Positions 51,917-60,154 of a stretch of DNA of 64,000 nt are shown piece by piece. This DNA comes from Kiritimatiellia bacterium (GTDB lineage: Bacteria; Verrucomicrobiota; Kiritimatiellia; RFP12; UBA1067), in contig JAFYDR010000158.1 in the NCBI GenBank assembly GCA_017544725.1, positions 615-64,614 on the forward strand, in the 5' to 3' direction. Within the stretch, counting starts at the first letter, position 1; the number at the start of each line of letters is the position of its first letter. The position numbers and the translations under genes are program-made. Below the pieces are notes generated by a model that was not told the origin of the DNA, ran no database searches, and saw only the letters and a list, made by a program, of their open reading frames with translations.

Positions 51917-54553
51917 TCACCTTGAACTCTCAGCCCCATCCATACGCACGTCTGCTGAACAGCAGAGGCGGAAACCGCAACCGTCGCGACGAGTGTCGGA
52001 TTCCATGTCGTTACGGAACACGATCCTACATGCATAAGCCTGAATATACCAGGTGCCACCACGTTGCACGCGGTTCGAACCAGAATTCGTATCTTCGTTA
52101 CACGGATCACTTTTCGGCGAATGCGAATAGTAGTTCTTGTCATATATATCACGACACCACTCAAACACATTCCCGCTCATCCCGACAATGCCTAGCTCGT
52201 TGCCGACATCCTTTTCGCGCACCGAATGAGGACGGCATTTGTTCGAGTCCAGTTTTTTGTTGTCCCAAGACTGTTCAAGAAGCCGTTGAACGCCAGAATT
52301 TTCATAATACCAGCCCACCTTATCCATCTCATTACCCCCACTGTATATGTATCCTTTCGATTTGTTTCCGCCTCTCGCCGCAAACTCCCACTGCGCCTCG
52401 GTAGGCATCACCCACGTTCGTCCACTCCGTTCATTCCGATTTAGGACTTTCACAAGCATGTCGCAATCGTTCCAGCTGATACTTTCCATCGGAAAGTCAG
52501 ATGTGTCCATATCGTTTACGACATCACGTTGATAACCTTGCTTGGAAAAAGCGGCTACAAGATTCTCGTTGCTAAACGCGACATTGTTTGCGACGACAAG
52601 CTCTGACCATTGACGTTGCGTGACAGGATATTTTCCAATCCAATACCCCTTTGTAATGCATACCGAATGTATCGGCTCTGCATCTAGTGAATACTTTCCC
52701 CCCATCTGAAATATTCCCGGCGTAACATAAACCATCTCCATCTTCACCCCGCCAGGCAGGATAAAGTTTTTCATGGTACCTGCCGCTATTTTTTCATCCT
52801 GCATTTTGTTCTCGGTTTTCTTGTCACGAATCCGAACAACCTGTCCAACTCTGATCTTCTCAAAATTCACGCCTGGATTCCACGTACGCAAGTCCTTTAT
52901 CCTTATCCTATGACGATAAGCTATAGAAGCCCATGTATCCCCATTTTGGACAATATACGTATCGTTTGTACCAAGAGACTGGTTGCCGCTTGATTGGGAA
53001 TCGCCTTTCTTGGAGTCATCCTTTTGTTTCGATGTGGTTTCACTTGTTCCAGACTCTTGTTTTGTAACAACAGCTTCTTCTTTTTGTTTCAACGTCGCCT
53101 CATCCGCAAGCCGCTGTTGTTCCTTTCGAGTTTCTGTTAGACACGTTTCGAAGAGTTTGGCAGCCGCTATGTACGCGGTTGACGCCTCCCTGAATAGCAG
53201 ATTCGTCATACAAGTATCGCCATTTGCAAGCAACTTTACCGCCTTGTTCCAAGAAACCTGCGCATATTGTTCCCCCTGTACCGCCTTCGCTCGTTCCCGA
53301 GCCTCGATTACGGCGTTGCGATTCGTTACCGCATTCTTCTGGTCGGATTCGGATACAAATAGCTTTTTCACGGGCAATGGTTTTGTCGTAGATTTTTGAT
53401 CCTCGCCTGCATAGACTGGCACAACCGAACCGATCTTTTCCGCTTTTTTGTCCACGTGTTGACTGGCAGGGACAATGACTTTCCGCTGATTCCGATACCA
53501 TGTAACACCTCCGATGACAACAGCCGCAATCAGCGAAATGGCGAGGAGCAAGAACGCTCCTTTCCGAAGAGCGTTCCGTTTCGTTTCTGTTTTCTTAAGC
53601 TGATCCTTATTCGAGCCGTTTTCTTCAGGGTCGTCCTGATCGGCTTTCTCGCAAGACTTGCAAACGCCCGGATTCCCGGACGAGTGCGCCAGGCAAAGGT
53701 TATCCTTGCTGCACACCTTGCACCGGAACGTCTCCGTCACCCGATTCTTCCTGCCGCACAACGGGCACTCCACGATCGTCTCCTGTTGAGAATGAGGCGG
53801 TTCCGGCACTCGCCCTTCGACCAAGACCACGCGTCCCCAGTTCGCCGACATTTTGATTTCCGGCGTTTGGTTGAGCTGAAGATTGTTCTTCTCGGCGATC
53901 GTCATCATCCTGCCATAGACCGATTGCGCGAATGACTGGTCAAAAACCAGCTCCTCCCCCGATTCCCTGCTGTTGTCAATCACCTCATCCATCGCCAGCG
54001 AGAAGACGCCTCGCCGTACCGACGGCAGCTCCAATGCGCACTGCCCCTGTCCGCACGAGCGCATCACCGCCAGCCCGCCGGACCGGACGTTTTTCACGTA
54101 ACTGTCCACCGAAGGAAGCAGGTCCCGCAGTTCTCCCACGCCCCTTGTCGCGAACGGATTCGAACGGCAGGCATCGACGATAAACATACGGCTCAGTCCC
54201 GCCCGTTCCGTCTTGGACTGAAGCAACCCGAACGGAATCCCCGCATAATTGAACTGGATGTTCACGTACTGGTCATCCCGACAGAACAACAGATGGTCGT
54301 TCCCGCCGGGCGCGGAGAACCCATGCCCCGCGAAGTAGAAAAGAAACTCGTCGCCCGCCCCAAGCCCCTCCGTCATCCTCGTGAACTCTTGGATCACCTG
54401 ATCGCGGCGCGGATTTGCCAGTAGAACTGTCTCGTAGCCGATCGTACGAAACTGCGCGAGCATCAGCGCCGCGTCATTCGCCGCGCACTGCAAATCATGA
54501 ATACTCTCGTCATCGTACTGATCGACACCTACGAATAGTGCTTTCCGCTTCAT
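51917..54553 (-). CDS. Caspase-zinc ribbon-TM-helical-LysM-divergent FGS protein, paralog 5
   Basis: Start MKRKALFVGVDQYDD at 54553 (the track start is 54595). FYFAGHGF, FIVDACRS, CPLCG...CKVC...CKSC. TM GAFLLLAISLIAAVVIGGV. LysM YIVQNGDTWASIAYRHRIRIKDLRTWNPGV...VGQVVRI. FGS ITKGYWIGKYPVTQRQW, MPTEAQWEFAARGG, GMSGNVFEWCRDIY, QRGGTW. Confidence 0.85.
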   Translation of the reverse strand: MKRKALFVGVDQYDDESIHDLQCAANDAALMLAQFRTIGYETVLLANPRRDQVIQEFTRMTEGLGAGDEFLFYFAGHGFSAPGGNDHLLFCRDDQYVNIQFNYAGIPFGLLQSKTERAGLSRMFIVDACRSNPFATRGVGELRDLLPSVDSYVKNVRSGGLAVMRSCGQGQCALELPSVRRGVFSLAMDEVIDNSRESGEELVFDQSFAQSVYGRMMTIAEKNNLQLNQTPEIKMSANWGRVVLVEGRVPEPPHSQQETIVECPLCGRKNRVTETFRCKVCSKDNLCLAHSSGNPGVCKSCEKADQDDPEENGSNKDQLKKTETKRNALRKGAFLLLAISLIAAVVIGGVTWYRNQRKVIVPASQHVDKKAEKIGSVVPVYAGEDQKSTTKPLPVKKLFVSESDQKNAVTNRNAVIEARERAKAVQGEQYAQVSWNKAVKLLANGDTCMTNLLFREASTAYIAAAKLFETCLTETRKEQQRLADEATLKQKEEAVVTKQESGTSETTSKQKDDSKKGDSQSSGNQSLGTNDTYIVQNGDTWASIAYRHRIRIKDLRTWNPGVNFEKIRVGQVVRIRDKKTENKMQDEKIAAGTMKNFILPGGVKMEMVYVTPGIFQMGGKYSLDAEPIHSVCITKGYWIGKYPVTQRQWSELVVANNVAFSNENLVAAFSKQGYQRDVVNDMDTSDFPMESISWNDCDMLVKVLNRNERSGRTWVMPTEAQWEFAARGGNKSKGYIYSGGNEMDKVGWYYENSGVQRLLEQSWDNKKLDSNKCRPHSVREKDVGNELGIVGMSGNVFEWCRDIYDKNYYSHSPKSDPCNEDTNSGSNRVQRGGTWYIQAYACRIVFRNDMESDTRRDGCGFRLCCSADVRMDGAESSR

Positions 54554-54585
54554 CGTCCCTGGCTCCTTAACTCCTCTGACGGAAA

Positions 54586-54614
54586 AGAATACCAAACTCT
54601 TGCATTTCCCGCAA
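54586..54614 (-). promoter_or_regulatory. Putative promoter TTGCGG-17-TATTCT in the conserved leader of paralog 5
   Basis: Minus-strand -35 at 54609-54614 and -10 at 54586-54591; AAGGAG RBS before the ATG at 54553. Confidence 0.35.
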
Positions 54615-54654
54615 AGAAAATCGAGCTTTGCCCAGCTCCAAGCAGGAGCAGGGG

Positions 54655-54790
54655 TGGCGAATGAAAAGGTTAAAAGGTTAAATCGCCACTACGCGGCTTG
54701 AAATTGACAGTACGATCCATTGAAAGGGCGTAGCCCGATTTAATGCAGTCGAAAACTGCGATTTAACCATTTCATTGCCGACTTCGCCGC
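54655..54790. repeat. Intergenic repeat block including a 35-nt copy of the 63868-63902 element
   Basis: 54672-54706 aaaaggttaaatcgccactacgcggcttgaaattg versus 63868-63902 aaaaggttaaatcgccgctttgcggcttgaaattg (32/35). Also contains the aaaaggtta duplication and atttaa-type inverted words. Confidence 0.75.
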
Positions 54791-54881
54791 CTGTCATTGC
54801 CCTCTAGCCATTTCAAATAGAATGGTATATACTAACGCTCGTCCATGACGATAGGGGACAGGGGGAAAGGAATGCGTGTGA

Positions 54882-56477
54882 ATGAGTAATCAAAAAGAGA
54901 AGAAAGGACTCCAATTAGGACGCTTGATCATCGGATGTGTGATTCTTGCGTTGACCGCTTTCTTCGCGTGGCTCCTCGCCCGCAATTTCCTTCTGCCCGC
55001 ACTCAGCGACTACGAACCTGTTCCGTGCCGAATTATCCACTCGAAGGTTGTACAAAAACGGCTGGATCGTTTCGCCCTGTCCGTCTCCTTCTCCTACAAA
55101 TACAAGGATCGCAAATATACCTCCCGTTCGCTTTGCAAACCGGACGAGAACGAATTCGTTTTCACCCGTCTCGCTGAAAGGCGTCCGCTTCTTGAAAAGT
55201 ACGCACCGGGCAAAATGCAGATTTGCCGCGTGAATCCGAAGTCACCTTCGGATGCCGTTCTTCGCGTGGAGCCGGTCTTCAAAAATGATGACGGAGGCAT
55301 GGATGTTGTGAAACGAGGTCTTCCCGTTATAGGCCTAGCGCTCCTCTTTGGCATCGGTGTCTTCTTGATTGCATCCGCGTTCCCGTCCGTCCACGGTCTC
55401 GTGTCGTCCCGTTTCAGCAAATTCTCTCCGGCTCTGATGGTCATCCTATTTTCGCTCCCGTTCACCTTATTCGGGACCATCGGTGCTTATTCCAGGCTAC
55501 AAGGCCGTGGCGAGACGAACAACTATGTACCGGTCTCTGCAAAAGTGCTCTACTCCGGTCTTTGTTCGCACCAGTCCAGAGGACGGCGACGTTCGACCAC
55601 CTATTCCGTCCGCGTCGGGTATGAATATGTCGTGAACGGACATACGTACGAGAGCGACAGGTACTCCCCAGTCGAAATCAGTACGAGCGGTTATGAGAGC
55701 CATCGTCGTAAGGCGGAAAGCTACAAAGTCGGGAACATGATAACGGCATACGTTTCGCCGACCGATCCCCGCAAGAGCGTACTCGTCCGTTCTGTGGCTC
55801 TTGACGAGTGGTTCCCCATCGTGGCGATGGGGTTATTCGGCATCGCTGGGATCGGCATCATGATGAGCGGAATCGGGATGCTTTTCTCCGCGTTGCGGCA
55901 AAAGGAGGCGATACCATCTACCTTCGAAAGTTACCCGCTGACGTGTACGCATGGCGAATTGGCCGGACTGGGTTGTTTCGCCATCTTCTGGAATTTCCTC
56001 ACCGGGGGATTGCTATTCGGATTCTATGTTGGCGGTATCTTTCAAAATTTCAGCCCCGTCTTCTACTCCCTCGCGATTTTCCCAATCATTGGAATCGTGC
56101 TTGTCGCCGTGTTTTTCCGAGGACTTGTGCACGAATTAACGTCACCCAAGTTCACGATGACGCTTTCGTGCGCGATGTGGACACCCGGTGCCGGTGCGCA
56201 GATCGACTGGAAACTAGAGCGGGCGGACGAAGTGGAGTCGTTGGAAATCATTTTGGAAGGCGCGAGATGGACGGGCGGTAAGCATCGGCGCAAGATTGTT
56301 GTCTCCACTTCCTCTTGCTATCAGCAGGAAGGTCAGCTTATTCCAAAAATCTGGCGGTTCGGGTTCTCGGTTCCCGAAAGTCTCAACGACGTGAAATGGG
56401 CATTCATCGTCATGATGAAAGTGAAGAACAAACGACGCCCATACAGGCTCTACTTCGCCTTGCCTATAACTTCATAG
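54882..56477 (+). CDS. Membrane protein with two DUF3592-like modules
   Basis: Two copies of the pattern TM - beta segment (PVPCRIIHSKV...SVSFSYKYKDRKYTS...YAPGKMQICRVNPKSPSDAVL; YVPVSAKVLYSG...VRVGYEYVVNGHTYESDRYS...YKVGNMITAYVSPTDPRKSVLV) - TMs. 531 aa. Confidence 0.6.
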   Translation: MSNQKEKKGLQLGRLIIGCVILALTAFFAWLLARNFLLPALSDYEPVPCRIIHSKVVQKRLDRFALSVSFSYKYKDRKYTSRSLCKPDENEFVFTRLAERRPLLEKYAPGKMQICRVNPKSPSDAVLRVEPVFKNDDGGMDVVKRGLPVIGLALLFGIGVFLIASAFPSVHGLVSSRFSKFSPALMVILFSLPFTLFGTIGAYSRLQGRGETNNYVPVSAKVLYSGLCSHQSRGRRRSTTYSVRVGYEYVVNGHTYESDRYSPVEISTSGYESHRRKAESYKVGNMITAYVSPTDPRKSVLVRSVALDEWFPIVAMGLFGIAGIGIMMSGIGMLFSALRQKEAIPSTFESYPLTCTHGELAGLGCFAIFWNFLTGGLLFGFYVGGIFQNFSPVFYSLAIFPIIGIVLVAVFFRGLVHELTSPKFTMTLSCAMWTPGAGAQIDWKLERADEVESLEIILEGARWTGGKHRRKIVVSTSSCYQQEGQLIPKIWRFGFSVPESLNDVKWAFIVMMKVKNKRRPYRLYFALPITS

Positions 56478-56640
56478 GGCGGCAAAGCCGCCCAGCTGAA
56501 AAGCGGGGAAGCTGAGAGGCTGAGAAGTAGGCGGCAATGAAAAATGAAGAGATAAAAATGAAGAATGAAGGCGGCATGTCGCGTGTCGTTTGTCGTATAT
56601 CATCGATTGCGATCGACTACAATCGAACGGGAGGGACGGG
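56477..56640. repeat. Composite intergenic word-repeat element (type 1)
   Basis: GGGCGGC-aaa-GCCGCCC hairpin starting on the stop codon (56477-56493). Then agctgaaaag, gctgagaggctgagaag, caatgaaaaatgaagagataaaaatgaagaatgaagg, gtcgcgtgtcgtttgtcg, atcgattgcgatcgactacaatcgaacgggagggacggg. Confidence 0.8.
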
Positions 56641-56673
56641 CGAATTTCACAAAAATTTTGGAAAAACAGTGAG

Positions 56674-56702
56674 TTGACCTAGAAGATAGGAAAAGATAAA
56701 CT
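56674..56702 (+). promoter_or_regulatory. Putative sigma-70 promoter TTGACC-17-TAAACT
   Basis: -35 at 56674-56679 and -10 at 56697-56702, 30 nt upstream of the ATG at 56733. Confidence 0.4.
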
Positions 56703-56732
56703 AATGGGACATTCACACGCAATGAGGGCTTT

Positions 56733-57950
56733 ATGAAAAAACTGTTATTCGTTCTTATCATTCTCGGCGGCGCTGGCGCTGGCGGTTGGTATTGGTACAA
56801 GCAACAGCCGAGTGCGGTCAAGGTCAACCGCTTCCGTACTGAGACGATCGCGAAAGGCGACGTGGTGCAGGACGTAACCGCGACAGGGACGATCGCGCCG
56901 ATCAAGGAGGTTGAGGTTGGCACGCAGGTGAACGGACCGATCCTCCACCTGTACGTGGATTACAACTCCGTCGTGACGAACGGACAGGTGATCGCGGAGA
57001 TCGATCCCGCCGTGTACAAGGCTGCGTCCATCAAGGCGAAGGCACAGTTGAAGTCCAACGAGGCGAGTGTCGAGAACATTCAGGTGAAACTCGATCTGGC
57101 GGAGAAAACGCTGAAGCGGAATCGGGAACTGCGTAAAAAGGAGATGGTGGCCGAGTCCGTGCTGGACGATTCCGCCGCCGAGGTCGATTCCTTGAAGGCG
57201 CAGCTGAAGGTGGCGCAGGCGACGGTGGAACAGAGCCGGGCGAATGCGGATGAGGCGGACACGAATCTGGGTTACTGCACGATCCGCGCACCCGTGAACG
57301 GCGTCGTCATCTCGCGCGATGTCGATGAGGGACAGACGGTTGTCTCCTCCATGTCCGCGCAGAAGCTCTTCACCATTGCGGAGGACCTCAAGAAGATTCA
57401 GGTGGAGGCGAGCGTACCGGAGGCGGACGTTGGCGGCATCCGCGTAAACCAGCTGGTGACGTTCACGGTCGATGCCTACCGCCAGACCTTCACGGGGCGC
57501 GTGAAACAGATTCGCCTGGCTTCTACGACCACGAGCAACGTCGTCACCTACCCCGTCATCATCGAGGCGGAGAATCCGGAGGAGAAGCTCTTCCCCGGTA
57601 TGACGGCAAATATCTCCATCAAAGTGGCGGAGGCGAAGGATGCCACGCTGATTCCCGCTGGCGCGCTGCGCTTCACACCTCTGGGATTCGTCTCGGAAAT
57701 CAAAGGTCGCAAAATTTGGATCTTGGGTGAGGACGGAATTCCGCAGGACATCAAGGTACGCGTGGGCATCACCGACAGCACGAAGTACGAACTGAAGGAA
57801 TGCGACATCGATCTCGTCGGTAAAGAGGCGATCGTCGGGATGCAGGCGGCAACTGCGGCGGCATCCAAGGAGACGAAGAATCCGTTCATGCCGAATATGC
57901 CGAGGCGAAATCGGAGAAGCGGTGGCGGCGGACCGGGCGGACCGCGCTAA
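56733..57950 (+). CDS. Efflux periplasmic adaptor (HlyD/MacA-like membrane fusion protein)
   Basis: N-terminal TM, then GDVVQDVTATGTIAPIKEVEVGTQVNG.I..LYVDYNSVV..GQVIAEID, a coiled-coil hairpin, and YCTIRAPVNGVVISRDVDEGQTV. This is the typical MFP layout, and the gene precedes ABC genes. Confidence 0.85.
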   Translation: MKKLLFVLIILGGAGAGGWYWYKQQPSAVKVNRFRTETIAKGDVVQDVTATGTIAPIKEVEVGTQVNGPILHLYVDYNSVVTNGQVIAEIDPAVYKAASIKAKAQLKSNEASVENIQVKLDLAEKTLKRNRELRKKEMVAESVLDDSAAEVDSLKAQLKVAQATVEQSRANADEADTNLGYCTIRAPVNGVVISRDVDEGQTVVSSMSAQKLFTIAEDLKKIQVEASVPEADVGGIRVNQLVTFTVDAYRQTFTGRVKQIRLASTTTSNVVTYPVIIEAENPEEKLFPGMTANISIKVAEAKDATLIPAGALRFTPLGFVSEIKGRKIWILGEDGIPQDIKVRVGITDSTKYELKECDIDLVGKEAIVGMQAATAAASKETKNPFMPNMPRRNRRSGGGGPGGPR

Positions 57951-57971
57951 CGGCGGCAGGGAGAGTGAGCC

Positions 57972-58682
57972 ATGCTGATTGAAGTCAAGAACCTGGTGAA
58001 GTCGTACACGGTCGGCGACATGACGACCTATGCGCTGGACGGGGTTTCGCTCTCGATCGACAACGGTGAGTTTGTCGCGATCATGGGCGCATCGGGATCG
58101 GGCAAGAGTACGCTGCTGAACATTCTCGGTTGCCTAGACGTGCCGACCTCCGGCAACTATCTGCTGGACGGCGTGGAAGTGAGTGGGATGACGGCGACGC
58201 AACTCGCCCACATCCGCAACGAGAAGCTGGGGTTCGTATTCCAGAATTTCAACCTGTTGCCGCGCACCAGCGCATTGGAGAACGTTGAGCTGCCGACCTT
58301 CTACAGCCGCACCTTCCCCGCCTCCAAGCGGCGGGAACGCGCCACGGAACTGCTGGAGCGCGTCGGGCTGGGTACGCGTATCATGAACACGCCGGGCCAG
58401 CTCTCCGGCGGACAGCAGCAACGCGTTGCCATCGCCCGCGCGCTGATGTGTAATCCACCTGTTCTCTTCGCGGATGAACCGACGGGGAACTTGGATACAC
58501 GCTCCAGCGTGGAAATTATGAAGCTCTTCACGCAGTTGAATAACGAAGGGATCACCATCGTGATGGTGACGCACGAAGACGATATTGCGCATTACGCCAA
58601 ACGGAACATCGTCGTGCGCGACGGCAAGATCATCAAGGGCGCGAAGTTCGAGTCGGCGGACGATCCGGAAGCGCACACGTAA
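57972..58682 (+). CDS. ABC transporter ATP-binding protein (MacB/LolD-type)
   Basis: Walker [11 protein letters not shown]-loop, signature [15 protein letters not shown], Walker [14 protein letters not shown]-loop VTHE. Confidence 0.9.
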   Translation: MLIEVKNLVKSYTVGDMTTYALDGVSLSIDNGEFVAIMGASGSGKSTLLNILGCLDVPTSGNYLLDGVEVSGMTATQLAHIRNEKLGFVFQNFNLLPRTSALENVELPTFYSRTFPASKRRERATELLERVGLGTRIMNTPGQLSGGQQQRVAIARALMCNPPVLFADEPTGNLDTRSSVEIMKLFTQLNNEGITIVMVTHEDDIAHYAKRNIVVRDGKIIKGAKFESADDPEAHT

Positions 58683-58696
58683 GGGAGAGGCGGCAG

Positions 58697-59923
58697 ATGA
58701 ATTTTTTCATGATTTTGAAAGTGGCGATGCGCGCCATTTGGCGGAATAAGACCCGCTCGCTCCTGACCGCGCTCGGTATCATTGTCGGTATTGCCGCCGT
58801 GATCGCCGTGGTCTCCATCGGGCAGGGTGCCTCCACCATGATGGTCAGCCAGATCAACAGCATGGGGAACAACATGATTATGATCTTCCCCGCCAGCCGT
58901 AACACCGGCGGTGTCCGTACTGGCTCCGGCGGCGCCCAGACGCTTACGGCGGAAGACGGCCAAGCGATTGCTGAGGACATCTCGTATTTCGTGCGTTGTG
59001 TCTCCCCGATCGTTCGCGCCAATGGTCAGGTTATCTATCAGGAGAACAACTGGGCGACGCAGGTACAGGGCGTCTCCGTCGATTTTCCCGAAGTCCGCAA
59101 CTGGAACGTGTCCAAGGGTGTCTTCTTCGACAAGGACGAACAGCGCCAAGGATCGCGCGTCTGCGTCATCGGGCAGACGGTCTCGGACAACCTCTTCGGC
59201 GAGAACGACCCGATCGGCAAGGTCATCCGCATCAAGAATATGCCCTTCAAAGTTCTCGGCGTGATGGAGAAGAAGGGAAGCAATAACTTCGGGCAAGATC
59301 AAGACGATCTGATCATTGCACCGTACACGACGGTGAAGCGCGTTCTGCAGAACTCGATTTTCAACAACGTCAACATGCTGAACGTGAGTCTCTACTCGCT
59401 GGACGACACCGAAGCAGCGAAAAAGGATATTAGCGCGCTCCTGCGTCAGCGCCACAAGCTGGGGCGGAACGCCGACGACGACTTCGACCTCCGCGACATG
59501 GCAGAGATCTCCAAGACGATCGGATCCGTCTCCAGCCTGATGACCATCCTGCTGACGACCGTCGCGGCGATCTCGCTGGTGGTTGGCGGTATCGGTATCA
59601 TGAACATCATGCTGGTGTCGGTAACAGAACGTACGCGCGAAATCGGACTGCGCATGGCAATCGGCGCGACACCGCTGGACATTCTGCTGCAGTTCATTAC
59701 GGAATCAATCCTGCTCTCCACGGTCGGCGGTTTGATCGGTGTGATCTTCGGGGTAGCGGGCGCAAAGATCGTGGGAGATGTGCAGCACTGGCCGATCCTC
59801 ATCACGCCCTCGTCCATCATTGTCTCGTTCCTATTCAGCGCGATGGTCGGTGTCTTCTTCGGGTTCTACCCGGCGTTCCGCGCCTCCCGCCTCCACCCCA
59901 TCGACTGCCTCCGCTACGAGTGA
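58697..59923 (+). CDS. ABC transporter permease (MacB_PCD + FtsX-type)
   Basis: N-terminal TM, a ~220-aa periplasmic domain, and a C-terminal FtsX 3-TM bundle with GGIGIMNIMLVSVTERTREIGLRMAIGA. Confidence 0.9.
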   Translation: MNFFMILKVAMRAIWRNKTRSLLTALGIIVGIAAVIAVVSIGQGASTMMVSQINSMGNNMIMIFPASRNTGGVRTGSGGAQTLTAEDGQAIAEDISYFVRCVSPIVRANGQVIYQENNWATQVQGVSVDFPEVRNWNVSKGVFFDKDEQRQGSRVCVIGQTVSDNLFGENDPIGKVIRIKNMPFKVLGVMEKKGSNNFGQDQDDLIIAPYTTVKRVLQNSIFNNVNMLNVSLYSLDDTEAAKKDISALLRQRHKLGRNADDDFDLRDMAEISKTIGSVSSLMTILLTTVAAISLVVGGIGIMNIMLVSVTERTREIGLRMAIGATPLDILLQFITESILLSTVGGLIGVIFGVAGAKIVGDVQHWPILITPSSIIVSFLFSAMVGVFFGFYPAFRASRLHPIDCLRYE

Positions 59924-59949
59924 CGCGAAGCGTACATGTGCGCTTCGCG
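59924..59949 (+). terminator. GC hairpin immediately after the operon stop (no clear U-tract)
   Basis: CGCGAAGCG-8 nt-CGCTTCGCG, starting 1 nt after the TGA at 59921-59923. Confidence 0.4.
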
Positions 59950-60075
59950 TAGCTTTCAGCTTCTCGCTGTTAGCTTTCAGGCAACCACGCGGGGGAGGGA
60001 CGCGTAGTTGATGGTCTCGACGAACGCGGTGAGCGGGTTAGCTCTCAGGCGCCCACACGGGAGGGATGTGCTTCT
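59950..60075. repeat. Composite intergenic word-repeat element (type 2)
   Basis: gttagctttcagg at 59969-59981 is identical to 14916-14928, with variants at 59949-59960 and 60037-60049. gggagggacgcg/cacgggaggga words are shared with 11043, 33756 and 56628. Confidence 0.75.
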
Positions 60076-60154
60076 GTGTGTCCGTTCGACTGTTATCGAC
60101 AACAGTTGGTTGAGATATGTCGCTTATGTATGCCGAAAGGAAAAACGCAAAAAG

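Noticed and set aside
23879-54553. Diversity-generating retroelement acting on the FGS domains
   Set aside because: FGS/CLec-fold domains are known DGR targets. However, I found no reverse-transcriptase-like ORF, no template/variable repeat pair, and no adenine-specific mismatch pattern between any two local copies. Diversity here looks like paralog divergence and module insertion.
60008-60154. 49-codon N-terminal extension of the 1240-aa protein
   Set aside because: It lies entirely on the type 2 word-repeat element and encodes no plausible signal. The ATG at 60155 gives a classical N-terminal TM helix.
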